A DNA stretch of 64,000 nucleotides from Chiloscyllium plagiosum (taxonomy: Eukaryota), in contig NC_057718.1 of assembly GCF_004010195.1 (NCBI RefSeq), forward strand, positions 97,761,300 to 97,825,299, given 5' to 3'. The notes under the pieces are model-generated. The model did not search any database. It was not told the DNA's origin and saw only the letters and a list, made by a program, of their open reading frames with translations. Positions 51,720-63,334 of the stretch are shown here, piece after piece. A program made the position numbers and the translations under genes. The stretch's first letter is position 1. Each line of letters begins with the position of its first letter.

Positions 51720-52218
51720 TCAACCCTCAGGCAATCCGCTCTGGCATTGTGCATCCTGAGTTGACTAAAGAGCCCAACGCTGGGAGCACACAGCTTGCCA
51801 TAGATGGTGGGGGTAGTAGGTGATGTTTGCTGAAACAGATGTGTGGGATATTCAGGTTTTCACACATTCCTTCCATTGTCTGTGCTCAGCCTACACTGGC
51901 CCTACAGAGACAATGGAAATGGCTGTCCCCTTTGTGGATGAGGGTCCCTGGGCTAGAGATTCTCAAGAATCAGTGGGGATATTAAATTTATTTTCAGGGA
52001 AGTTTTGGAGTGTACTTGAAGTATTTCTTTTGCCCTCCTGGTAATTGCTTGCAGTGGCAGAGCTCTAAGCAGAGAGCTTGTTTTGGGAGCCTTGTGTCAG
52101 GCATTTGGCTCACCCAATACAGCTGATTGATCATAACGAGTGGCTCGATACTGGGAATGTTGGCCTGAGACAGGACACTGATATGGGAGTGCCTATCTTG
52201 ACAGTAGGTTTGGCAATT
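51720..52218 (-). mobile_element. RTE-clade LINE 3' fragment (degenerate)
   Basis: Minus strand SVLSQANIPSIEPLVMINQLYWVSQMPDTRLPKQALCLEL...PGGQKKYFK, an RTE C-terminal motif. Confidence 0.75.
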
Positions 52219-52517
52219 TCAAGAGTAGTAAGCAAAAAACAGTATGTGAACCTTATGCGAAATATACTGGACATCTTAGCTATAACACAGGGAATCCATC
52301 AACATATGTCTCAAAATACTCAGGTAGTTCTTACTCACTCTCAAAGTCACGGTTACCACATAGACATCTATCTGTGGTATACGTTCCAATTCCTTATCTG
52401 CCCATTCTATTCAACTTTATTTAACTAAACCAGACACCTTCCCTGTTCGCTGGAGAACGCTTTCACTGTATCTTACTTTTTCTTCCTCAGTTTGTCTGAA
52501 GATGATAATACTAAACC

Positions 52518-52920
52518 AAATAAAAATAAAAAGTGCTGGAGATACTCAGCAGGTCTGGCAGCACTGGTGGTGAGAGAAGCAGAGTTTAGATCAGAGTGGT
52601 GCTGGAAAAGCACAGCAGGTCAGGCAGCATCCGAGGAGCTTGCTTTACCAGCACCACTCTGATCCTCAGATGCTGCCTGACCTGCTGTGCTTTTCCAGCG
52701 CCACTCTGATCTAAACTCTGATTTCCAGCATCTGCAGTCCTCACTTTTGCCAAGAGAGAAACAGAGTTCATATTTCAAGTCCAATGACACTTCAGAACTT
52801 TGGACCTGAAACATTAGCCCTGCTCCTCTCTCCACACATGTTGCCAGACCTGTTGAGTTTCTTTAGCATTCTCTTTTGTTTTAAATTTCAGATTTCAAGC
52901 TCCTGCAGGGTATTGTTTTT
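52518..52920. mobile_element. Family C fold-back element with a nested family B fold-back (52587-52753)
   Basis: 15-bp TSD GAGAGAA(G/A)CAGAGTT at 52572-52586 and 52754-52768. Confidence 0.85.
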
Positions 52921-54659
52921 ATTATCATTAAACCATTTGGATTTTATTTTGTTAAACATTTGCCTTTTAATCCGGAGGTAGTTTCCATCTCAGTTTAAGT
53001 GCACATTTAGAAGCACTCAGAATTTCATCTGCCCTGATCATTATCCCCTAATAACGTATCATCTCCCTTACCCGGCAACAGAGTTGGGCTCATAACGTTT
53101 TCTGTAATCTCTTGGTGCTTGCGCGATATCTCCAGGAAATTAAATGGTACAGACCTGTGTGTGTACGTGAGGTAAGTAGTCATCAATTATCTCACATTGA
53201 TTCATCCTGCTCTTTCAGAATAATATTTGAGTGCTTCTACGAGATACAAAATTGAATATCTGAATTTAACTACTGAAGCCTCTGTGAAGCACAGCTATTG
53301 TTTAATTAAACTTTCCATGGAAATATTCCAACTGATAATGCCTTCACATCTTTGTAGGGAAGTAATTAAGTGCAAGACTCGTCAGAACATGTTGAGTTTT
53401 GTAGATCAGTGCTCCACTATTTTGCACTGCTGACCTCTGCAATATAGATTTTGTTTGAAATACTAGGAAGCAATGTATTCCACTTACATTAATTACCTTA
53501 AGCCACAAGTAAAGACCATTTCCGTCAGCAGCCGATGAATTTTGTCTAACCAGGGTTGATTATTCCATCACATTTAAATATCATATGCAGTGAAAATGCC
53601 TGTGTCTGGAGCCAATGATCATTAAAACATTCCTGGTTTCCCTCTCGTGCAGTACATATTATACTGTAATGATGGAGGAGATCAATTCTGAGCTACTGGC
53701 TTTTAATGCTAATGAGCACTACTCTGAAATGAATCCTGTACAAGCCGTGCAATATCTCAGGGTACTGTTTATTCAGGAGCTCTTTTGTGAGTTATACAGC
53801 ATCACAATTACATAACTTAGATTTCAACATCTGGCACCCCCTAAATACGAAGCATAAAAGAAACATCGATGATGGAAACATCTGTACCGGGTTAAGAATG
53901 CACTGCACGTGTTTCTTCCAACAAAATTGCAATTGCAATGCAGAAATAATAAGGTTCGAGGAAGCTGAGTGGGAGGAAGCTCATGTCAAGCATCAGTTGC
54001 ATAGAGCAGTCCAGTCCAGTGTCCTGTTTCTCTGCTGCAGATTCTTTGTAGCTCTACGTAATTTCATAACACATTCATTTGCAGGGCAGAAGATGGATGG
54101 CCCAATCTCCCAAAGGACAAGTTTTGCCTCTTTATGAGTCACAAGCAACCACTATCACAGAGAGCTCTTGACTACTTTCCTCCATTAACCAAAAGCGAGG
54201 ATGTAAGTAAGGTAAAACAATGCCTGTTTCTCCCTGTAATTAATCACCCTTTCCGGAAATGCACAGGTAATTTTGAACCTGATCCGCTCACTGGGTAAGC
54301 AGATCAATGTACCGTGGAGAAGTGAGATTAAGATTACTCCACGTGATTTCTGAGATTGTAACTTTTCTTCGTGCCTAACTACTTCTGTTGAAACACTGAC
54401 ATTTTCCATTAAAAAAGTGATTGAGTACCCAGCTTTCAAAATCATGCACAAAGAAAATGCAACACCACAGGATGTCATCCCCCAATTTTCATTTGTTATG
54501 AATTCAAACACATTAGCCATGGACTCAAATGCAACCCTAAAAATTACATAAGTTGTTGCATGCAGCTCCCTCTATTGGGTAGTGGCACCAGTAGTGTACT
54601 CTGAAACTATGAGGTGACAATACCCACATCCTCAGCTGCCTGTGTGGAGTTCAATTATG

Positions 54660-55500
54660 TTGACTCATACTGTCATACAATACGGAGACAGACCCTGCAG
54701 TCCAACTGCTGACCATGTTTCCCAACTAAACTAGCCTACGTTTGGCCCATATTTTCCCAAACTTTACTTATTCATGAACTTACCTAAATGTTTCTTTAAA
54801 TCTTTCCACTGTACCCACATCTACCAGTTCAATCCACACACTAACCACACACTAAAAAAGTTTCCCCTCATGTCCTTTTTAAATCTCTCCTCTCACCTTA
54901 AAAATATGCCTCCTAGTTTTGAGCTCCCCACCTTAAGGAAAATACCTTTGCCTCTGACATTATCTATGCCCCTCATTATTTTCTAAACCCCTATAAGATC
55001 ACCCTTCAACCTCCTCCACTCCAGTGAAAGAGGTCAGCCTATCTAGCCTATTTTGATAACTCAAACCCGCCATTCTCATCAAAATCTTGGTAAATCTTTT
55101 CTGAATCCTCTCCAGTTTAACAATATCCTGTCTATAGCAGGGCAACCAGAACTCCAGAAGAGGCCTTACCAATATCCTATACAACCTCAACATGACATCC
55201 CAACACCTCTACTCAAAAGTCTGAACAATGAAGGCAAGTGTGTTAGCTGCCTTCTTAACCACCCTGTCTACCTGTGATGCAAATTGCAAAGAATTATCAG
55301 AACTCCAGAAGAGGCCTTACCAATATCCTATACAACCTCAACATGACATCCCAACACCTCTACTCAAAAGTCTGAACAATGAACGCAAGTGTGTTAGCTG
55401 CCTTCTTAACCACCCTGTCAACTGTGATGCAAATTGCAAAGAATTATGTACCTGAACTCCTAGGTCTCTGTGATCTACAATACTACATAGGACCCACCAC
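54660..55500 (-). mobile_element. CR1 3' fragment with an internal 151-bp tandem duplication
   Basis: MLRLYRILVRPLLEFWLPCYRQDIVKLERIQKRFTK; 55147-55297 is repeated at 55298-55447. Confidence 0.85.
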
Positions 55501-56429
55501 TAATTGTATGCTGAATGCCTATATCATTGGGTACCCGTCACCTCTTGGTATCAGTACCTTAACAATGTGAAAGATTGGCATCAATGAATATCATAATGGA
55601 TGGTTTTATATAATATGGCAGAATAGGGTAGCAGTACTAGCAACCAACATGATAAGTAATTCCAGGAGCATTTCTATTCGTACTCTGAGTCCTAGTTCTG
55701 TCTTCATTCTGATCTTCAAGTTCAGTACGAACTCTGGACACTGGAGAAATGTTTTGTTAATTCTCCCAATGCTGTTCACTTTTGTGTTGAACAGCTCACT
55801 GTATGCCCCTGCTCCCACTATTGTTGCCAGGTAATCTCCATCCCCAATGCTTAACCCATTAAAGAGATCTCTAGGCGTATCCTCACAGTGACATGGCATC
55901 ACTGCTTCCGGTCCCAAAACCAGGGATCACACGAACCCCACCTCAGCTTCCACAAGATCCCCACTGCAAGGTCAAAACATCCAATACACTCACTGACCTC
56001 CCTACTTTGGAGGCTGGAGATTGTAAAACAGAGACTGAATTAAATGCCAGCTGCAGAGGTACATTCTCATTATCTGTATCTTATCCCACGTGCACGTGAG
56101 ATTGAGTGGGTGGCATTTTGCATTAGTTCTGGGTGAGTGTATGAGTAACCAACTGTCTTTAGTCTTTAAATTCACAAAAGCTCGCGCTGAATAATTTAAG
56201 TGGAATGCACATTCCAAAGTAAGAAAGGACCAGCGCCATTTAAGGAGAAGGGAAGTTTGGAATGACCGCCCCCTGGAGACCTGTGCTTTTTGGAGACCCT
56301 CACTGAGATCTTCAGCACCTGGGAAGAAGTCTGGAAAGGTGGATTTTGGAGTGAAGTCAATATGGCAGTCATCATGGCTGGTGAGCTTTCACTTTAAGTT
56401 ATTGAAACTTCATCATAATCATACACAAG

Positions 56430-57440
56430 AAGAAAGAACAAAAGTCAGCCATTCAACTCCTTGTGCCTGCTCCACCACTCAATCAGATAATGGCTGACCT
56501 GAGGCCTAACTCCATATGGACTACCTGGGGCCCATAGCCTTAATACCATTGTTCCATAAAATATTGTCTTACCTCATATTTAAAATTTAACAGTTGAATT
56601 AGCATCGACTGCCATTTGAGGAAGAGAGTTCGAAACTTCCAATTTTCTTTGTGCGTAGAAGTGCTTTCTAACATCTCTCCCGAATGGCCTGGCCCTAATT
56701 CTAAGACTATGCCCCCGATTCTAGAATCTTCAACCAGTAGAAATAGTTGATCTTTATCTACCCATCTTTCCCTGTTAATATCCTGAAGACTTTGATTCGA
56801 TCACTCCTCAAGAACATAGGCCTAATTTGTCTAATCTCTCCTCAGAACTTAACCCCTGAAGTCCAGGTTTCATCCTTATAAGCCTGCAATGAACTCCCTC
56901 CAGGATTCTTCCTGAGGTGTGATGCCCTGATCTGCTCACAGTACTCTAAATGGAGTCTAACTAGGATTTTGTAAAACTGCATCCTAACACCTGTACCTCC
57001 ATACTCTTGCCCTTTAGATAAGGAGGCCAGAATTGCATTAGCCATCCCGACTATTTTCTGCACCTGTTCATGGCAAGTTAAAAAGCTATGCAACTGGACT
57101 CCCAAATCTCATTGGGCTACTCTCTACATTTAACTTTGTGTCTTTTAAAACAAAAATACCCTGATCTATCCTTTTTTGGTCTGAAATGGATACCCTTACA
57201 CTTGCTTATATTAAAATCCATCTGCACAGCTTTACCATGCACCGAATCTATCCAATATCCTTTTGTAATTTTTTGCTGTCATCAATGCTGTCCGCAATGC
57301 TGCCCAATTTTGTGTCGTCAGAAAATCTAGATGTTTGACCTTTTGTGCCATTATGCAGGTCGTGAATGAATGTTGTGAATAATTGAGGGCCAAACGTGGC
57401 TCCTGCGGGACTCCACAGGTATATAAGAGACAGTGGTTAA
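56430..57440 (-). mobile_element. CR1 RT-to-3' fragment (YCEQI subfamily, degenerate)
   Basis: CGVPQEPRLA, FLTTQNW (frameshifted FADDTK), LVRLHLEYCEQIRASHLRK. Confidence 0.8.
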
Positions 57441-58627
57441 TGGTAATTGCAGCAAAGTTAAACCTGCAGATTTTCATTGTTGTATAGAAAGAAGAAAAAC
57501 TGATGAGCCACAAGGGTTCAGGTGGTAAGGGAGACACACAGCCTGATTTTCACCAAGTAAGTGGGATTTGCCCCAGTACAGAGCAGTAAATCCCAGTGTG
57601 GGGCTCTGTACTGGGGTAAGTCCCAGTGTGGGGCTCTGTACTGCGGTAAATCCCATTCTGTGGGGCCATTGTTCTGGGGTAAATCCAAGTGTGAGGCTTT
57701 GTACTGGCGTAAATCCCATCTGTGGGGTCATTGTACTGGGATAAATCCCTGTGTGGTGCTTTGTACTGGGACAAATCCCAGTATGGGCCTCTGTACCAGG
57801 GTAAATCCCACTCTGTGGGGCCATTGTACTGGGGTAAATCCCAGTGCGGGGCTTTGTACTGGGACAAATCCCAGTGTGGGCCTCTGTACTGGGGTAAATC
57901 CCACTCTGTGTGGCCATTGTACTGGGGTAAATCCCAGTGTGAGGCTTTGTACTGGGGCAAATCCCACTCTGTGGGGCCATTGTACCGGGGTAAATCCCAG
58001 TGTGAGACTCTGTACTGGGGCAACTCCCACTTTCTTGGTGAAAATCAGGCTGTGTCCCAGTGTGGGCCTCTGTACTGGGGTAAATCCCACTCTGTGTGGC
58101 CATTGTACTGGGGTAAATCCCAGTGTGAGGCTTTGTACTGGGACAAATCCCACTTTCTTGGTGAAAATCAGGCTGTGTGTCTCCCTTACCACCTGAACCC
58201 TTGTGGCTCATCAGTTTTTCTTTCTATACAACAATGGAAATCTGCAGGTTTAACTTTGCTGCAATTACCATTAACCACTGTCTCTTATATACCTGTGGAG
58301 TCCCGCAGGAGCCACGTTTGGCCCTCAATTATTCACAACATTCATTCACGACCTGCATAATGGCACAAAAGGTCAAACATCTAGATTTTCTGACGACACA
58401 AAATTAGGTAGCATTGCGGACAGCATTGATGACAGCAAAAAATTACAAAAGGATATTGGATAGATTCGGTGCATGGTAAAGCTGTGCAGATGGATTTTAA
58501 TATAAGCAAGTGTAAGGGTATCCATTTCAGGCCAAAAAAGGATAGATCAGGGTATTTTTGTTTTAAAAGACACAAAGTTAAATGTAGAGAGTAGCCCAAT
58601 GAGATTTGGGAGTCCAGTTGCTTAGCT
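57084..58627. repeat. Large inverted repeat: arms 57084-57584 and 58130-58627
   Basis: Arms are reverse complements with about 8 substitutions and one 3-bp indel by manual comparison. Confidence 0.92.
57585..58152. repeat. Minisatellite with 30- and 33-bp units, about 17-18 copies (opposite-orientation units at about 57561-57584 and 58630-58700)
   Basis: TGTACTGGGGTAAATCCCAGTGTGGGCCTC (30 bp) and TGTACTGGGGTAAATCCCACTCTGTGGGGCCAT (33 bp). Confidence 0.95.
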
Positions 58628-60254
58628 CTAGTACAATGGCCCCCAGAGTGGGATTTACCTCAGTACAATGGCCCCACAGAGTGGGATTGACCCCAATAGA
58701 GGGTCCCTGACACTTTGAGTATTTCCGCAAGAGAGAGGTCCCCACACAATGTTATTTACCCTTGGCTCTGCAATCCATAGGTTTGGATCTTTAAATGACA
58801 TGCCTGACTCCATGTAATCAAACTGATTGTAGGCAGTAAGGGAGCATGTACATTCTGCCTGTGATAATAAAGTTTAACATAGCTTAGAACTTTCAAAGGA
58901 ACATCATTGAAAAATATCAAACTATAAGATGGCATAGTGTAAAGGATATGATTGTAACCAAACGTTAAGATTCTAGATATTCCAGAGATATAGATATACT
59001 GCTGTGAGTATTAACCTGACCATGCCTGACTGCAGTGAATGTTTTCTCTGACTGCTTTGTGATCTTGAAACAAATTTAAGATAACACTAGGATACAGGAG
59101 AGAACAATCAGCATTTACAAAAACATGTCAGTATTGCAGGCATCACCATTTCTGATGCTGACAAAAGCTTGCGCCCACAATGTAAGCCTGTTTTGTTTTC
59201 TGTTTACAAATGCTGGCTGATAGATGAATTACTTGCGGAGAGTGGTACACAGTGGAACATCTGGACACTGTGTGACAGGGTAAGTATCCGACAACTCACA
59301 ACAGAGTAATGAGTATTTTTTCTGAAGAGATTTAAAAACAGCAGCACGTCAGTGCAGAAAGTCAAATGTTATTAAGTATTTTCTAAGGTCCTCTACACAA
59401 GTTTCACAGTTGGGTTGGTTTCGTGAATACTTAAACTTTGGGAAGGAATAACTGGGAACCACTTGGTTACTCAGATGGCCCGACCTTATGGTCCTACATA
59501 TGTGATACAAGATGAATAATAGATATGTGTGTGTGTACATTGGATTTTGAACTTGTGGCATGTGGACTTTGGTCCATGTGCAAGGATTGGCTGAATAGTA
59601 AACTTGTTATCTTTCGAGAGCCATTGTTTTTAAACCTGTAGTGTGATAGGACAGCTACTGGAGTGATAATAGGAATTTATTTTCATTTTGAGAGTTTTAT
59701 CATGGAAGAGAGTAAATATTGGAAAGCATTAATTTGCTTTTGGTTGAGAAAAATCAGGATTTTCTTTGCTTAAAAAGAGGATTGGAAAGTCTTTAGTTTC
59801 AGTTCACAGAAGATTGGCTGAGGCTAGATGTAAAAATAGTTTTTCCTGGAGAAAGGGTTTAGTTCAGAGCAATTAGGAAATTGGTGCATTTCCATGTAAG
59901 AGATTTAGTTGGAAAATTCTAGAACAAAAGTCTTTGACTTTAACAACAGATTGGGTTATTTGAAGCTAAGAAAGTTCAAGTTCCATAGTACGACTAATAA
60001 AAGAAAAAGACATTAAACTCTCAAAGTTGGGAATTTGAAAGAAATTGTTAAGTCAAATCTGGAGATTGTTAAGTCAAATCTGGAGAGGTGAGAGAGACAG
60101 AAACTCTCTCTGGTATTTGATTCCTGTAAAGTGATAGGGAGGGATGGGATTTCATTTTGTCATATGGTTTTAAATACTTCAAGTTCTATTTTATCTTAAT
60201 TTCTTTTGTGCAATAAGCTTCTGTTTTATTGTTCAGCCTAAATCCATAGCAATC

Positions 60255-60699
60255 TAAAAGTGTGGCGCTAGAAAAGCACAGCAGGTCAGGCAGCATCTGA
60301 GGAACAGAAGAGTCGATGTTTCGAGCATAAGTATTTGATGAGGAAAACTGGTGAAATCGATATTGATTCCATGTGGTTGGAGGGCCTCAAGGCGGAAGAT
60401 GAGGCGTTCTTCCTCTAGGCATCAGGTGGCTGGATTTGCCGGTGGAGGAGGCCCAGGACTTGCATGTCCTTGGCAGAGTGGGAGGGGGACTTGAAGTGTT
60501 CGGCCGTAGGGTGGTCGAGTTGTTTGGTGTGTGTGTCCTGGAGATGTTCACTGAAACGTTCTGCAAGTTGGTGTTCTGTCTCCCCACTTGGAGGAGACCA
60601 CATCTCCTGCTCCTCGGACGCTGCCTGACCGGCTGCGCTTTTCCAGCACCACACTTTTAGACTCTGATCTCCAGCATCTGCAGTCCTCACTCTTTCCAT
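60255..60699. mobile_element. Penelope-like element: family B inverted ends enclosing a GIY-YIG remnant (minus strand)
   Basis: GETEHQLAERFSEHL...HPTAEHFKSPSHSAKDMQVLGLL; 14-bp TSD AATCC(AT/GC)AGCAATC at 60241-60254 and 60700-60713. Confidence 0.88.
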
Positions 60700-60817
60700 A
60701 ATCCGCAGCAATCCATGCATGTGTTTCTGTGATGGACCTCAACAAAATGTGGATTAGTGGATCAACTTACACAATTAATGATGACAATTTGACATTAGCA
60801 AGCACAAAATAACCTTT

Positions 60818-61007
60818 AGGTAAAAGTGAGGACTGCAGATGCTGGAGATTAGAGTCAAGCACAGCAGGTCAGGCAGCATCCGAGGAGCAGGAAAATCGAC
60901 GTTTCGGGCAGGAGACCACCATCAGGGCTCCTGCCCAAAACGTCGATTTTCCTGCTCCTCGACGGCTGCCCGACCTGCTGTGCTTTTCCAGCACCACTCT
61001 AATCTTG
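60818..61007. mobile_element. Penelope-type fold-back element, family B
   Basis: Inverted arms; TSD ACAAAATAACC(T/A)TT at 60804-60817 and 61008-61021. Confidence 0.88.
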
Positions 61008-61539
61008 ACAAAATAACCATTGCAGATGATAACCAAGAGACAATTACAATTCTTTGGGTGTATACTTAGAAGATAAAAACTAAAATATCTGGCAGCAACT
61101 GGAAAAGGTAACGGTAGGAGAACAAGCGGGAGATAAATGAAGACGTAGAATGGGACGCAAACCCAGGTGCTAGCCTTTATCACAAGAACAACGTCAAGAT
61201 ATTGGCCATTATCAATACTCTGAAATTTGGAAAATTATGATCGCCAATGTTACAAAATATGGCACCAGTCAAGAAGAATGATGTGTTTAATGGAGTGCTA
61301 AAGTAAGCTCATCAAAAATAAGAGGTATGGTAGGCTATTGGTCCCCTTTGGTTTTCTCTTCAATTTAAAAAAGCCTTTGATGTGAACTCCAATTTTCCAC
61401 CTGAACACCTTTGATGTTCTTGATTAAATTGACAAGATAGATGGAAACAATTTTTCTGGTTGGAAGCTCCAGCCTTCAAATTTGAGCTAGATCTCTCAGT
61501 GGTGAGGTCAGCATACACACCTTTACACAAAGCTCTCTG

Positions 61540-61758
61540 GAACATCTCTCAAGAGCTAGTGAATATCGCGAATTCTTCACTGCAGAGAGCTAAGGCTGAG
61601 TCATTCCAGTAATATTCAAACCTGAGGTAGACAGATTTTTATTCAGTAAGGGAATTAAAGGAATCGGGGGTGATGGAGAAGAGGCAGGAAAATGGAGTTG
61701 AAGAATAACAGATCAGCCATGACTTCATTGAATGGCAGAGCAGATTAAATGGGCTGAC
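61540..61758 (+). mobile_element. CR1 3' end (degenerate)
   Basis: CR1-type 3' UTR GATCAGCCATGA...TTGAATGGCAGAGCAGA...GGGCTGA. Confidence 0.7.
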
Positions 61759-61762
61759 CCAT

Positions 61763-61894
61763 TGTGCTTTTCCAGCACCACTCTAATTTGACTCTAACCT
61801 CCAGCATCTGCAGTCCTCATTTTCGCCTACAGGTTATTTTGTGCCTGCTAATGTCAAATTGTCATTTGATTGTGTAAGTTGATCAACTAATCCA
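61763..61894 (+). repeat. Inverted copy of a family B element end plus its flank (60750-60858)
   Basis: Reverse complement reads TGGATTAGTTGATCAACTTACACAAT..ATGACAATTTGACATTAGCAGGCACAAAATAACC-GTAGGCGAAAATGAGGACTGCAGATG. Confidence 0.85.
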
Positions 61895-62367
61895 ACTCTT
61901 CTCCCCCAAACAAACTGAGGAGAGTGTGCTTCAAAATTGAGGTTGGTGGCTCTTTCCTTAAACAAGGTTATTCAGGATGACAGAATCCAGGCAGATCAAG
62001 GAGCTCATTGGCAAATCACCCATAATCTATTGACAGATCAGGCTCATTTGGAAGTTCCTCTTCCTATCTTTGTAAAATGGTTGAATCACAGAGATTTTTA
62101 GATGTTTCGCCAATTCCTTACGGATCAAGCCAACTGTCTCCTGGGATGTTGATTCTGAGGTGAATGCTTCAGCAAAGAACCAAAAGCAGTGTTGATGCCA
62201 GACCTGAAAAGTTAGTATTTGTTGTGCCTGATATTTGTCTCAGTTTATTTAATGTCAATCTGCTCAAAGATATCCATAGGAGTCACATAAACCTCCAAAA
62301 CGTTTGGACTTGTGGATATTTATAGGGATTGTATTTTTTTTTTCAATTGTTCTTTCAGTTATTTATT

Positions 62368-63020
62368 AGCTTTTGAGATGTGAGCAATGCTGCCAAGATA
62401 ACATTTATTAACCATCGAAATTGTTTTTGAGATGATGATAGTGAGTCACCTCCTCGAGGCACTGTAGTTCATGGGGTGTAGCTACACCTGCAATGCAGTT
62501 ATTGTGAGACTTCCAGGATTTCAATCCAATTACTGAGAAGAAACGGTGATTTAACTCCAAGTTAAGATAGTGTGCTACTTGCAGAAAAACCTGTGGAAGG
62601 TGTTTTTTGTATGTATCTCTGGGCCTTGTCCTTCTAGGTAGTTGTCTATTGAACAGTGCTTTTGAAGAAGGTTTCATGCAGATCAGCTTCCAAGCGGGGT
62701 ATGTAAGCATTGGTAGCTGTGGAAGTAAATGGAATGCTGTTTGAGGGAGTAGCTTTCAACAGAAGGATGCTGAGCTCCTTGAGAGAGCTGTTGCAGCTAC
62801 TTTCATGCAGGTAAGTGGAGAGTATTCCATCAGGCTCCTCACTTGTGTCTTGTAGATCATAGATAGGCTTGGGGGAGTCAAGAGGTATGTTCCCAGCCAC
62901 TGACTTGATTTTGTAGTCACAAGATTTATACAATGGGTCCATCTCAGTTTCTGGTCAATGGTAACCACTGAGATGTTGATGATGGGGCATTCAGTGATAG
63001 CATTGCTATTGAATGTTAAT
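62368..63020 (-). mobile_element. LINE 3' fragment, CR1/L2 superfamily
   Basis: VTIDQKLRWTHCIN...LSMIYKTQVRSLMEYSPL. Confidence 0.8.
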
Positions 63021-63334
63021 TATGGTTCTGATGTTGCATCATCCATCTTTCCTGCAAAATACCAGGACAGGGCTTTTATTTTGAAAAAGTCACGTTTGCA
63101 GTTGCTGAACCTCTTTTAAGGATTTTTCCACTCATTAATGATGCTCATTACTGGACTTTGTAACTCCGAGGGCAGGGGTGGAGTGTGGAAAGGGGGCAAT
63201 GTGAAATCCAAGGTGCCTAGGTAACTGAGAGGGTGAGGTGGTGTGGGAGGGGGTGCAAGTACATGGGGTGTGGTGGGGAAAGTTGGTTCACTCAGTTGGC
63301 TTGATGGCTAGTGTGTGATATGGAGTAAATCAGT

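Noticed and set aside
53136..53171. Possible 36-bp plus-strand microexon (EIKWYRPVCVRE)
   Set aside because: Good donor but weak polypyrimidine tract and no recognisable homology
57585..58152. CRISPR-like array of ~30-bp hairpin repeats
   Set aside because: Units are contiguous with no unique spacers, there are no cas genes and the context is vertebrate; it is a minisatellite
57474..58360. Long ORFs of 154-245 aa as host genes
   Set aside because: They arise from triplet-length repeat units open in several frames on both strands; no splice or domain evidence
59500..60780. Possible degenerate solo LTR
   Set aside because: LTR-like texture, but I could not define TG..CA termini or a TSD
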